A stretch of DNA of 64,000 nucleotides from IMG/VR virus record IMGVR_UViG_3300031088_000759; one strand, given 5' to 3'. Shown piece after piece: positions 1 through 10,547 of the stretch. The notes under the pieces were generated by a model. It had not been told where the DNA came from, did not search any database, and saw nothing but the letters and a program-made list of their open reading frames with translations. Every line of letters starts with the position of its first letter. Positions within the stretch are counted from its first letter, which is position 1. Position numbers and translations under genes: made by a program. The DNA comes from a virus.

Positions 1-987
1 ATGTCAAAAATTACTAAAAACGGAAAAAACGTTATAGTGGAAATGGCTGTATCGTATGATCATAAGAATGATAGCATTATTATTACACCTCACGATGAAG
101 ATATGATTGGAAAACCATTTGCTATAACATTGAATTATGCAACTGATGCTGAAAAATCATTACGAGAGTTATTGACAGAAAATGGTGTCATCAAAGAAGA
201 AAAACTTGGAGTGTATCTTCCGGTAGAAATGAAACATCCTAATACTTTTGATGAAAATCCATATGTATTTAATATAGGTGATGCAGGTGGAGAATTAGCA
301 CAATGTAATTCTTTCCGTGATAGCAATGTTCTTGTGTCTGGAGATTCAAGATCAGGAAAAACCAATCTATTAAAAAGTTTCCTAAAACACGCAGAATATT
401 ATGATGATAGTTGGGAATACACTATCGTTTCACCATACTTAACAAAAGAATTCGGGGATTTTACTAATAGCCAAATTACTGAATCAACAAGCAACGTAGA
501 ACAATTAGATCAGTCATTAGATCTTATCTTAAAGGATTTGACAAATAGGCTTGAGAAAATAAACACAATACAAAACAAACAACTAAAATTTGATATATAT
601 GCTGATGATGACAATAGTAGTGTAGTTAAAAAGAAACTCATTCTTCTTGATTCAATGGAATCAGTACTACCATCTATGTATTTGAGCAATATTTCAGACA
701 ACACGGAAAAAGAGCAAATCGCAAAAGTTGCAAAAAAATTAATGTTTATCTATCAAAATGCTCAAAGAGTTGGATACTATATTGTTCTATCCACGCAAAA
801 ACCTACAAGTATTTCAGGCGAAATAAAAGCACTTATGGGAACAAGAATCGCTATGGGAAGAATGAACTCTGAAAAATCCTATATGGCATTAGGAACAAGT
901 GATGGCAGAAGAATTCCAAAAGGAATCGGTAAAGGTTATCTGAGAATTTATGGGCATGGCAAATTCTTTCAAGCATATGAAAATTGA
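1..987 (+). CDS. FtsK/SpoIIIE-like P-loop ATPase
   Basis: Walker A GDSRSGKT, Walker B-like LILLDS, LSTQKP and RIAMGR...GKG motifs typical of FtsK-family ATPase domains. Confidence 0.65.
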   Translation: MSKITKNGKNVIVEMAVSYDHKNDSIIITPHDEDMIGKPFAITLNYATDAEKSLRELLTENGVIKEEKLGVYLPVEMKHPNTFDENPYVFNIGDAGGELAQCNSFRDSNVLVSGDSRSGKTNLLKSFLKHAEYYDDSWEYTIVSPYLTKEFGDFTNSQITESTSNVEQLDQSLDLILKDLTNRLEKINTIQNKQLKFDIYADDDNSSVVKKKLILLDSMESVLPSMYLSNISDNTEKEQIAKVAKKLMFIYQNAQRVGYYIVLSTQKPTSISGEIKALMGTRIAMGRMNSEKSYMALGTSDGRRIPKGIGKGYLRIYGHGKFFQAYEN

Positions 988-1239
988 TGCATGGAAAGTA
1001 CTGAAACAATTCTCCTGCTACTGAATATTTAAGATCCGCTTTTACGCCTTTGAAAAGTTCAGTTAGACTTTCACAACGAGTTATGAAAACTGACAAAATT
1101 TGTTGTTCTATAAAACTTTTTGTTTCTACTCCATAGAATAATTGAAAATGCTATAAACTGTTCTGGCAGTAATTTTCGATTGAAACAGAATAGGGAACCG
1201 AAAACAGGGTTTTGAGAAAAACTTTAATAAAAACAACGA

Positions 1240-1290
1240 AATACCCCTTAAATAATTACGATTTTATCAGCGTTATTTAAGGGGTATTTT
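1240..1290. terminator. inverted repeat, probable bidirectional terminator
   Basis: aaatacccctta...taaggggtattt hairpin between convergent genes. Confidence 0.55.
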
Positions 1291-1383
1291 CTAAGCCGTT
1301 TTAAAGACTGTGTAATTGTTGTTTTTAGCTATGTATTTTATAGTTATCGTTCTACTATAGAGTCATTTAAGTTTAAACATGAG

Positions 1384-2328
1384 TTAGTCCGCTATATTGT
1401 ACCTTTCTTTCAAAAACTTAGAAAATGGAACAAAGTGCTTTTCAATGAATTCTTTTTGTGAAGGTTTTGAAGCGTCATAGCCAAAATCATCTTCTTCAAG
1501 CCAATCATCATTATACTTATTCTTACATGATTCACTAACATTTCCTAACAAACGATCTGGCTCAAATTCATTCGTAATAGGTTTAAACCCATCTTCATCA
1601 GACATTCCGTAATCTTTTTTAATCAAGAATTGACCATTCTTCTCGTATATAACATAAGATAAATCACTTTCATCATTAAAAGACAACTGATCATGTAATG
1701 GAATTTTTTTGTCCTGAATTGTCCAATCATTTTGTGTAAAAAGGTACGAACCAGCACTTAAATTATTTACTTTATCTTGTATTTCAATTATTTCATTTTG
1801 GGATAGGTTTTTCAATGAATTTCTGTTTTTTATCTTGCTATTATCAAATTCTTTTTTAAGAGCATCTTCTTTATCTGCCAAATCCGTTAAAATCTTTCCT
1901 TTTTCTTTCGGTGTTTTTTCGGCATACGAAGGATCATTATGCTTAAATACAAAATCTTTCTTACGGTTAGAGTTGTTGTAATCAATCAATTCCTCAATTT
2001 GTTGAGATGTTTTAAGATGGTCATCTGCAATGTCCAAAGAAGTTCTTTTAGGGGATTCTTCCTCTTGTTTAAGCCCGTCTTCTTCTTGTGAGTTTGCATA
2101 AGCATTCAAACCAGTCTTCTTCAATCCATTGTCACTTAACAAAATATTTCTTTCTACTGAATTTTTAAGAGGTTTGAAAGTGTTCTTCATTTTCTCTTCA
2201 TATGCTCTTTGTGCGTCTTCTTTAGTGTCATAATGCTCTTTCTGATCAGAAGGTGTAGCAGTACAAGATTCTGGTGATTTTGCTCTACACTGACGGGATA
2301 CACCGTCTTTTGAAATATGATAAGCCAT
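1384..2328 (-). CDS. YH-C-C-H leader family protein, unknown C-terminal domain
   Basis: N-terminus MAYHISKDGVSRQCRAKSPESC...EHYDTKEDAQRAYE shared with 8 paralogs; AGGAG RBS. Confidence 0.8.
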   Translation of the reverse strand: MAYHISKDGVSRQCRAKSPESCTATPSDQKEHYDTKEDAQRAYEEKMKNTFKPLKNSVERNILLSDNGLKKTGLNAYANSQEEDGLKQEEESPKRTSLDIADDHLKTSQQIEELIDYNNSNRKKDFVFKHNDPSYAEKTPKEKGKILTDLADKEDALKKEFDNSKIKNRNSLKNLSQNEIIEIQDKVNNLSAGSYLFTQNDWTIQDKKIPLHDQLSFNDESDLSYVIYEKNGQFLIKKDYGMSDEDGFKPITNEFEPDRLLGNVSESCKNKYNDDWLEEDDFGYDASKPSQKEFIEKHFVPFSKFLKERYNIAD

Positions 2329-2467
2329 TGTTAAACTCCTTAGATTTTATTCTTATACTCTTATCTAAAAGAAAGATCAGTTCTTCACTCGTTCTATCCC
2401 ATATTTCTTGCACCAGCGTCTTATTGTTGTTGTTGTGGTTTTATAATGTTTCGCCACTCTTGTATAA

Positions 2468-3367
2468 TTATGGTTGAATTGATTTTATAGTATCTTTTTT
2501 GTTCTTATAGCGATTAGTTCTGCCATTCCCAGCATTTCTATTTCTATATGTGGGGGTCATAGCATGGCAAGTAGGACACAAAACTTTTAAATTTTCTCTA
2601 CGGTTATCTTCAGAATTTCCATTAATATGATCAACTTCTAAAATACTTTTACCATCAACAGGATGAGGTTTATTAAACCCGCATTCTTCGCAAGCATACT
2701 TAGCCTGTTCTAAAAGATATGTGCGGATGCTTCCTGTAATTGAACCATTAGTATTTTTTATCACACCTGTTTGGAGCCAATCGTTAAGGTGCTTTTCAGC
2801 GCGATTTTCATTAGCGCATTTTACACAGAAACCAGTCTTGCTGTTGATAGATATTGATTTTTCGCATTTTTTACATTTTCTATCACTGTAATTTGTTTTC
2901 TTGTATAAACATTTTTTTGAGCAGTATTTAGCATTCCACGCTTTTGATTCAAATATTTTTAAGCATATTTTACATTCTCTTTTTAAACTTCTATGAAAGA
3001 GAGTTTTCTGCGAATTTTTTCCATTTTCAATATAAAATTCTTCGCGGCATTCTACGCAGTATTTATGGATAGTCTTAACGGGCTTTTGACAGGTGAAGCA
3101 ATTGTTTTCTAAATGTCTTTTAGGGCTTAAGGTGTTATTGACACTATTAGCACAACTACGAGAACAGTATTTCTTTTTATCTGATCCTCTCTGAACAGAA
3201 AATCCTTGCTGGCAGTCTTTATTTAAACATATTCTGTCTAATAGATTTTTGCTGTTTCTGACACTTTTAACACACTCAACAGAACAATATTTTGATGTAG
3301 GTTTTCTTGGTTTAAATTCTTGACCACATTCTTCATTGGAGCAGTTTATTACATTTAATTTAGTCAT
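2468..3367 (-). CDS. HNH endonuclease with multiple Cys-rich zinc-finger repeats
   Basis: CEECG...LEVDHINGNSEDNRRENLKVLCPTCH HNH motif; repeated KYCSxxC; start taken at MTKLN with RBS. Confidence 0.85.
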   Translation of the reverse strand: MTKLNVINCSNEECGQEFKPRKPTSKYCSVECVKSVRNSKNLLDRICLNKDCQQGFSVQRGSDKKKYCSRSCANSVNNTLSPKRHLENNCFTCQKPVKTIHKYCVECREEFYIENGKNSQKTLFHRSLKRECKICLKIFESKAWNAKYCSKKCLYKKTNYSDRKCKKCEKSISINSKTGFCVKCANENRAEKHLNDWLQTGVIKNTNGSITGSIRTYLLEQAKYACEECGFNKPHPVDGKSILEVDHINGNSEDNRRENLKVLCPTCHAMTPTYRNRNAGNGRTNRYKNKKDTIKSIQP

Positions 3368-3539
3368 ATTATTTTCCTTTGTTATAATCATAGTTTTTAT
3401 TTAGCGATACTATAATTATAACAATAAATATTTGAAAACGACCGTTTTGAGCAAATGTTTTTAAATAAAAAAGAACCACAGTAAAAGGAAAGATAATTAT
3501 CGCTAAATAAATTACTATAACCTTACTGTGGTTCTTACG

Positions 3540-3628
3540 TAGTCCTTGGAAGAATCGAACTCCATACCCCTCCTTCTGCCTTTTTATAACGAGGAACGGC
3601 TTAGAAGACCGCTGGCAGGGCAAAGACC
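3540..3628 (-). tRNA. atypical D-armless tRNA-Arg(UCU), 8/4 fold
   Basis: acceptor GGTCTTTG/CAAGGACT, loop CT-TCT-AA, TTCGATT T-loop, no D arm, long extra region. Confidence 0.65.
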
Positions 3629-3777
3629 ATATCATTTATTAAATTTTTGAAAGCAGTTTTAGCCGGTCTTTCGATACAACTAAAACCTTATCCAAGCCTT
3701 AAAGAACTTTCATGAAGCGGTCCATTTAAGGTCTCAAACGCTTAGCAACTTTCAAGAAGCGGTTAGGCTAAGCAAAG

Positions 3778-3864
3778 CACCAGATGAGGGAATCGAACCC
3801 CGAACTCTCCACACCCATTTTTTTCTGAGAAGGCGTTAGAAGCACCCTTGGATGTCCACCTGGC
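3778..3864 (-). tRNA. atypical D-armless tRNA-Arg(UCU), 8/4 fold
   Basis: acceptor GCCAGGTG/CATCTGGT, loop CT-TCT-AA, T-loop, no D arm. Confidence 0.65.
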
Positions 3865-3943
3865 ATACATATCAAATTATATCAATCTTTTTCTATCATT
3901 CAACAATCATATTCTAACATGTAGAAATACTTTTGTCAAATCG

Positions 3944-4023
3944 TAGCTCCCACGGGACTCGAACCCGCACGCCTAAGCACTGGTACCTAAAACCAGCGTG
4001 TCTACCAATTCCACCAAGGAGCC
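3944..4023 (-). tRNA. tRNA-Leu(UAG)
   Basis: cloverleaf, long variable arm. Confidence 0.9.
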
Positions 4024-4198
4024 ATATTTTATTTTTATTAATCTGTTCTTACTCTAATAATTATATCAATTTTTCTAAACATTGTCAAATTGTGTTTAAA
4101 AAATAATTATTGTAAAAGAAGGTGATGATAATCCTGCAAAAAACTGAACGAATATTTACTACATATTTTTCAATATTTTGCACAACCATCATTACTCG

Positions 4199-4278
4199 TA
4201 GCTCCACCGGGACTTGAACCCGGACTCCGAAGAACTTGATTTTAAGTCAAGCGTGTCTGCCAATTCCACCATAGAGCC
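4199..4278 (-). tRNA. tRNA-Leu(UAA)
   Basis: cloverleaf. Confidence 0.9.
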
Positions 4279-4493
4279 ATATATTAAAGTTCGCAAGGTT
4301 CCTATATTCGAAGGCATCGAAACTCCTGCGCATTACCGCCCGCCCGACTTTAATAAGTACACTATAACAAATTTTAAAAAACTTGTCAAATCAGCATTTT
4401 AAAAAACTTTAACAAGTAAAATGCTGCTCAATTTTGCTTGTTGTAGATTTATCTTAACATGAATACAAAACGAAGTCAAGTTAAAAAATAACT

Positions 4494-5510
4494 TCATATT
4501 TTTCTATTATTTCTATTTTTATTGCGTCTTGGTATCTCAAACTTTTTCAATAAATAATAAACATTAGGTTGAGTACAATTCAATTTTTCCGCAATTTGTG
4601 TCGTTGAAAAACCTTCATCAATATAAAGCTTCTCTAATAATTTTTTAGTGGGTTTTTCAACATAATCTTTTTTTTGGTGGTATGCTTCCTTTCGACATTT
4701 TTTTGAACAGTATTCAGCTGTACTTTTATTTATTATCTTAAAACTCTCTTTGCAAAATACACAGGTTCTGAATTTATCTTTACAGGAAACTTTTCGTGTT
4801 CTCTTTTTCTTTTTGAAAAATTTTCTTTCAAATTCTATAATTGACAAAATACCGTATTTTTCAACAATGAAGAATTTTATATCTGTTTCTTTCATTCCAA
4901 AAATTTTAGATAGCGCTTTCAAATCCTTTGTTTTGATCATTTCTTTTTTGATTTTTTCAAACGTAGGATACTCTGAAAAAACCATAGGTAGACTACCAGT
5001 TTTTGTAAAATGAGATCTACATCTTTCAGAACAATATTTTACTGAGCGATTTTTAACAAAGATTTCTGATAAGCAATAAATACAGTGTTTTTTTATTACT
5101 TTTTGAACTAAATTTTTTGTATTTATTGTTTCCCTAATTTTGGCTCGCGTTTCTTTTGTATGATAAACGCTTCCAGTGCCTGTAGGGCGTCCATTATAGA
5201 GTTTTATGCCTTCGTTTTTGAAATCATCCCAAAACCGAATTTCTTCAGCTTGAATCAATTTTGTTAAATCAGATTTTTGTTCACAAGGTTTGTCAAATGA
5301 ACTAACAATTTCAAATTCTAAATTATCAAAACCATATTTATTAAAAGCATTTTGCAAACCATGACAAGGATGACGATTACCTTTTAGTAGTTTACGGTGT
5401 TGCGCCCATCTTGCTTTAAAAGACTGAGCTGCTGTCATACCAATATATTTTTTACCAGAAGGTGAAGTAATTGTGTAAATCCCAATTTTTAAAAGATTTT
5501 TATCATTCAT
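4494..5510 (-). CDS. GIY-YIG homing endonuclease with Zn-finger and HTH C-terminus
   Basis: GIYTIT...KYIG...R motif, HTKETRAKI NUMOD3-like motif, C-terminal HTH. Confidence 0.85.
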   Translation of the reverse strand: MNDKNLLKIGIYTITSPSGKKYIGMTAAQSFKARWAQHRKLLKGNRHPCHGLQNAFNKYGFDNLEFEIVSSFDKPCEQKSDLTKLIQAEEIRFWDDFKNEGIKLYNGRPTGTGSVYHTKETRAKIRETINTKNLVQKVIKKHCIYCLSEIFVKNRSVKYCSERCRSHFTKTGSLPMVFSEYPTFEKIKKEMIKTKDLKALSKIFGMKETDIKFFIVEKYGILSIIEFERKFFKKKKRTRKVSCKDKFRTCVFCKESFKIINKSTAEYCSKKCRKEAYHQKKDYVEKPTKKLLEKLYIDEGFSTTQIAEKLNCTQPNVYYLLKKFEIPRRNKNRNNRKI

Positions 5511-5597
5511 CTAAACTCCATTTGTTAAAAATTCTATATGTTATATTTTAACAAATAAAAACAAAAATGCCTCCCATTTCTGAGAGGCATTTACAAG

Positions 5598-5669
5598 TAC
5601 CCACGGAAAGAGTTGAACTTTCTTGAGGATTTTATAAGAATCCCATCCTAACCGGTAGATGACGCGGGC
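5598..5669 (-). tRNA. tRNA-Ile(UAU)
   Basis: cloverleaf, loop CT-TAT-AA. Confidence 0.8.
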
Positions 5670-5742
5670 ATGTTCAATATTTATTTATCAATTTTTATCT
5701 AACAAATTTATTCTAACTTATTAAAATAATTTTGTCAAATCG

Positions 5743-5815
5743 TAGTTCTGATGAGATTCGAACTCATACTGTATTGATTTTAAGTCAACTTCCTCTGCCG
5801 TTGGGATACAGAACC
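5743..5815 (-). tRNA. tRNA-Leu(UAA), short variable loop
   Basis: cloverleaf, loop CT-TAA-AA, 73 nt. Confidence 0.8.
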
Positions 5816-6002
5816 ATATTTATTTATCAACTTCTTATAAAGAAACTATAGCATAAGTTTAAAAACTTGTCAAATTCATTCAATATTATAACTAACAACC
5901 TAAGATTAACACTTCTTTAACAACTATCAATATGTTAAAATTGTTTTGTACCTTCTTTTAGAAACCTAAGAAAGAAAAACATAAAGGTGGGATATAAATC
6001 CA

Positions 6003-7064
6003 ATGGCTAAGTATCATTATAATCCGAAGACAAATAAAATAGGAACTTGTCATGCGATTAAATGCCCTTTAGAGAAGGGTTCTGCTGAACATTTTAATGA
6101 TTACAACGAAGCAGTCAGGTTTTTAGAACAGGTTTTAGAAGGCTCTGAGGGGGCATTTAAAAGCCTTTCTAAGCCGAATGAGATAACTGTTCCCCTGTCT
6201 CAATTCAGTCGTGAAGAACTTGATTCAATTACTTTTTATCATTCTTCTAAACCTTATGTATTTGTGAGTCTTCATGGTCATTATGTTTCTGTTCATAACT
6301 CAAGGGGTGATCTAGCTAAAATAAGTTTACGTGAAATAAAAAACGATGATATACCCGCTTTTGTTAATAAATATGCTGCAAAGTTTTCAACAGAAGACAG
6401 CGCTCGTTTTATAAGGATTCCCGATAGCAATATTTTAGACTTAGATTTATTAGATCAGGTTTACTCTACTGATGTTGATACGAATATTGTTGTTAATGAT
6501 AAAAAGATTTTGTCTCTGGACAAGCGTAAAAGTAGAAAACAGTGGGTTTATGATTTAAAAGAAAAACACCATGGTAGAAAAATTTTTACTTCTGATGGTT
6601 CTTATATTATGAAAGGTAAGAAACCTTGCGGAGTTTATGGTTTTATGGATTTAGACGGAAACTCTCAAGTGTACACTATTTCACATGATAACTTAAAAAC
6701 TATGCATTCTAATGAACTTGAAACTCTATCTTTGTTAAAAATAAGTGAGTTTTCTAATAGCGAAGCAACAGCAATTGTTATTGATAGTGACACTGCTTAT
6801 AATGAGTTATCTGATGATGTTGATGCACCTATAAGAAACCAAAAATTATTAAAATACGAAAGAGAGATACGAGAAGCACGTCAAAAAGTTAAAGATGGCA
6901 CAATTGTTTTAGAACTAGTGAAATCTCATTCTGGAATTTTAGTAAATGATGCTATTGATGGTTTGTTGAAGTATTGTTCAACGTTTTCTAAGAAAATCAA
7001 TGTTGAAGACAGAAATGTTTTAGCAAATGAATGGGCAAAGAAAAAAGCACAGGAATGGTCTTGA
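6003..7064 (+). CDS. YH-C-C-H leader family protein
   Basis: MAKYHYNPKTNKIGTCHAIKCP...EHF leader. Confidence 0.8.
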   Translation: MAKYHYNPKTNKIGTCHAIKCPLEKGSAEHFNDYNEAVRFLEQVLEGSEGAFKSLSKPNEITVPLSQFSREELDSITFYHSSKPYVFVSLHGHYVSVHNSRGDLAKISLREIKNDDIPAFVNKYAAKFSTEDSARFIRIPDSNILDLDLLDQVYSTDVDTNIVVNDKKILSLDKRKSRKQWVYDLKEKHHGRKIFTSDGSYIMKGKKPCGVYGFMDLDGNSQVYTISHDNLKTMHSNELETLSLLKISEFSNSEATAIVIDSDTAYNELSDDVDAPIRNQKLLKYEREIREARQKVKDGTIVLELVKSHSGILVNDAIDGLLKYCSTFSKKINVEDRNVLANEWAKKKAQEWS

Positions 7065-7461
7065 TTATGCTTTTCTCTTTAAGTGCTTTTTATGCTTAAA
7101 GCAGAAGCCTTCTTCTATGGAGACTGAGAATATCATAATGTTAGAACCATAAACAGCTTTAACATTCTCTTGCTATTATCAATCGTCAAATCTTGTTCTA
7201 ATGTTGTTTTTTGTTAAATATTTATCAAAAACAGGATCTTTCATCCTGCGCTTATCGTTGATAATATTCATTAAAAGATTTGTTGAGAACATGATTAGTA
7301 TTATTGCTATAAAGAATATAATTAAAATGATCATTTTTGTCCTTTAAATTTTAAACACAATTCGAGCCAGTTTCGACCTAGCAACTGAAACTTATGAGAT
7401 TTCTATTTTTCTTTAAAATATCGAAGTGTGTTAAAGCTAAGAGCGATAACATCATGCTCAG

Positions 7462-7532
7462 AGCGAATAGGGAGAATCGAACTCCCATTATCTGCTTGGA
7501 AGGCAGAAGTTTTACCACTAAACTATATTCGC
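7462..7532 (-). tRNA. tRNA-Gly(UCC)
   Basis: cloverleaf. Confidence 0.9.
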
Positions 7533-7719
7533 ATGTCCCGAAGACTCATATTTTTCAATACTACTCTCCGGGCGCAGATTTTAACTACAATGTTCTTATC
7601 ATATAAGCTGAGCAGGCTGAATCAAAGAGCTAACTAATCCAGACATGGGACTCTTTATCCATTTTGGCTTGTTCAGCCTTACCTTTTTCAATGTTTTCAG
7701 CAAAGGCTTAACTCAGCAG

Positions 7720-7793
7720 TGGACCGGATGGGACTCGAACCCACAACATTCTGCGTGCAAAGCAGACGCTCTACCAATTGGAGCTACCAGCCC
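7720..7793 (-). tRNA. tRNA-Ala(UGC)
   Basis: cloverleaf, G3-U70. Confidence 0.9.
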
Positions 7794-7921
7794 TTATATT
7801 AAGTTGTCATCTTTATATATCAACAAAACATATTCTAACATAGTTTTATTAAAATTGTCAAATTTTTGTGTTTTTTTATAGATAATTAGATAAGAGTATT
7901 TACTTTAAAAAAGAGGTTGTT

Positions 7922-8968
7922 ATGAGTTCTGTTCGATATCACGTTAATCCTGAGTCTTTTAAACTTTCAATATGTTCAGCAAAAGTGAAATGTCAGTTTG
8001 CTGGAAATCCTGATGCTAGGCATTTTGAGGCTGACGAAAAAGAAGAAGCCCAAAAACATATTGAAAACCTTCTTGAAAAGAAATATACAACAAACTCTTC
8101 AATATCTAAACCAGAACAAGATTTGAATATTGAAGAAGGCATAGATAGTGCTTATCGTTATGGTTTTACTGATGAAACAGTTTCTTCTGAAGAATTTGAG
8201 ATACAAAAGAGAAAATATTTTCAGAATTTTCAAAATTTGAATAAGGAAGAAAAAGATACGTTTCAGCGAAAAGAACTAGCAGTTATGCTGAATAGACTTA
8301 AATCAAGAGTTATGCTTGAAAAAGGTGACCTTCAAAAAGTTGATATCATTCTTGCTTCAAATAGGGGCAATAACTCCACATCAGAGCTAACTGTAGCTCT
8401 TCGAACTCTCAATAAGAATGTTTTAGACAATATTTATAAGTATAATCTTACTGATGATGAAGTTGTGAACATAGTAAGAGATTATGATGTCCTTACAAAC
8501 TATACTTTTTTTGCGAAAGATAGTTCAATGGATAGTTATGAAAGAAGATTACTAGAAAACAATGAACCTGAAATGTTGTATAGCAGTAAATTAGATTTTG
8601 ATACTTTTTCAGAAGAAGATGAGGAAAAGTTACGATTAGCCTCAAATAATGCTATTAATCGTGATGACATCTTAAGAAAAGTAGACAATGCTTTTTACAA
8701 TCCGATTAATATTGTGAAAATGTCGGTTCAAAAAGCAGAATTGAAAAGAGCATTAAGAACAAACGATAATACAAAAATTGCGAAAAACTTAGGTGCTTTA
8801 AGAGATCTTCAATATAATGTACTTGATAAATATTCAAAAACCGGGCGAGTATGGAGCGATTTTTCTAGACCAATGAACAGTATTTTAGAAAAATTTAGCT
8901 CTGTACAGATAAGAAAAGCTTTACAAAGAAATGAAGAGAAATTGAATGATATTTCAAGACAACAGTAA
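7922..8968 (+). CDS. YH-C-C-H leader family protein
   Basis: MSSVRYHVNPESFKLSICSAKVKC...RHF leader; GAGGT RBS. Confidence 0.8.
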   Translation: MSSVRYHVNPESFKLSICSAKVKCQFAGNPDARHFEADEKEEAQKHIENLLEKKYTTNSSISKPEQDLNIEEGIDSAYRYGFTDETVSSEEFEIQKRKYFQNFQNLNKEEKDTFQRKELAVMLNRLKSRVMLEKGDLQKVDIILASNRGNNSTSELTVALRTLNKNVLDNIYKYNLTDDEVVNIVRDYDVLTNYTFFAKDSSMDSYERRLLENNEPEMLYSSKLDFDTFSEEDEEKLRLASNNAINRDDILRKVDNAFYNPINIVKMSVQKAELKRALRTNDNTKIAKNLGALRDLQYNVLDKYSKTGRVWSDFSRPMNSILEKFSSVQIRKALQRNEEKLNDISRQQ

Positions 8969-8995
8969 TTCTTCAATTATCAGAAATGAGTATAT

Positions 8996-9559
8996 ATGAT
9001 TTATGGTTATGAGACTAAAGATTTAGCAAATTATCCAGGTGATTTAGTTCTTCGAACAAGTAGCACAAAAGTTGCTCAATATTTTGAAAAAGAGCTAGCG
9101 CAAAAAAATAATGACATTAATGATGATGAGCTACAGCAAATGAAAAAATTCTATAAAGTTGGTTCTAATCCAGAGAAGAATGGTTTTCAAAATATTGTCA
9201 CAATGACTATAATAGCAGATAGTTTAGAAGAGTCTGTTATTATAGCGGAAAAAGTCAACAAGAAGACAACGTACATAGTAGATAATATTATTGAAAAAGT
9301 ACTTGATCTTTTTTTAAAAGAAAACGAACTTGAAGATCTAGAAGGAAATACAGAAGAATTTGAGCATTATGTAATGAATTTAGAAGGAAATGTTTCTTTG
9401 AAGCTTAGCATAAGCGGAAAAGATCATAGAAACAAAAAGTTTACCTCAGACGTAATTTTAAGAAGCAATGGTGGTTATGATGAAATCATTAAAGCATTAC
9501 CATATATTTCCAGTGAATCATATATGAAAAAGAAAATTGCTAATGCTATTAATCAATAA
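8996..9559 (+). CDS. hypothetical protein
   Basis: 187-aa ORF directly after 7922-8968. Confidence 0.65.
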   Translation: MIYGYETKDLANYPGDLVLRTSSTKVAQYFEKELAQKNNDINDDELQQMKKFYKVGSNPEKNGFQNIVTMTIIADSLEESVIIAEKVNKKTTYIVDNIIEKVLDLFLKENELEDLEGNTEEFEHYVMNLEGNVSLKLSISGKDHRNKKFTSDVILRSNGGYDEIIKALPYISSESYMKKKIANAINQ

Positions 9560-9578
9560 TTAACGATTAATTCATAAA

Positions 9579-9613
9579 ATATGGCAGAACATTCGCTTAT
9601 GTTCTGCCATATT
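9579..9613. terminator. bidirectional intrinsic terminator
   Basis: atatggcagaacat...atgttctgccatat hairpin with A/T tracts between convergent genes. Confidence 0.7.
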
Positions 9614-9629
9614 TTTATCAGTTTATTAA

Positions 9630-10547
9630 TTACATTGAGTTATCGGTAAGTTTCACAACTTGAAAAGTTTTTGCTGGTATTGGTGCAGCTTCTTTTTTGC
9701 CATTCCATCCATTAGGATAATGTAATCCATTGAATTCTTCTAATAATTTCTGTCGTGATTCGTCAATTTTTATAGATTTTGCTGAAATTCCATTTACTGT
9801 AAATTTCATATCACGGGGCAATAAACGTTCTTTCTCAAAAGTCAGAAGATCACCTACCCTCTCTTCATTTTGTTGTAGACTTATTCCTTTGTTGGTTTCT
9901 ATTTCCAATACGATAAAGTTTCTGCTGCGGGAATGTTTTTTCGCATATGCTGCTATGAAAGATAAATCTTCGGTAGTACTCATAAAACCAGTATCAGTGT
10001 ATTCATTTCCTTCTTTGAAAGTTTTGTTCAATAATTCTTCAACATTAACTTTTTTATCAAAGTTTAGATAACGATAGAGAGTTTTTGTTTCGCCATTACT
10101 ACCAAATCTTTGAATAATGCTGTCTAATGTTTGTATGTCTTTCCAATTTCTCTCTATTTTTTCTGGAGTGATTTCATAATCTCTTGGTTCATTATGCAGT
10201 AGTCTATTCATTGAAGATGAACCCGCAAAAGTGTAATGCGATAGTGTGTTCTGTTCAGAAAGATTAAGTTGAGCTTCCATGCTTTTAAATTCTTCAATCA
10301 TTCTTTTTATTAATACCTTGTTCTCTTCTTCTGTAATACCTTTTATTCGCTCTTTGCGGGGTTTCGAGAGAGATTTGAAGGGTTTGTGCGCTTTGTTCAA
10401 TTTCTGTTCATTAAAAGCCAACGCTGCTTCTTTATTGTCAAAATGTTCAGTAATTTCTCCATTATTATCTTTTAGAGGGCAATTACCTTCTTTAGCGCGG
10501 CAGATATTGACTCTTCCGGTTTCATTGTTTATGTGGTACTTTGTCAT
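9630..10547 (-). CDS. YH-C-C-H leader + ADP-ribosyltransferase (VIP2/Alt-like, R-S-E clade)
   Basis: TLYR, GFMSTT, FEKERLLPR motifs; conserved leader. Confidence 0.8.
   Translation of the reverse strand: MTKYHINNETGRVNICRAKEGNCPLKDNNGEITEHFDNKEAALAFNEQKLNKAHKPFKSLSKPRKERIKGITEEENKVLIKRMIEEFKSMEAQLNLSEQNTLSHYTFAGSSSMNRLLHNEPRDYEITPEKIERNWKDIQTLDSIIQRFGSNGETKTLYRYLNFDKKVNVEELLNKTFKEGNEYTDTGFMSTTEDLSFIAAYAKKHSRSRNFIVLEIETNKGISLQQNEERVGDLLTFEKERLLPRDMKFTVNGISAKSIKIDESRQKLLEEFNGLHYPNGWNGKKEAAPIPAKTFQVVKLTDNSM

Noticed and set aside
3540-3864. Intron-containing canonical tRNA-Arg
   Set aside because: Removing the extra segment does not restore a D arm; the extra sequence is in the variable position, not the anticodon loop
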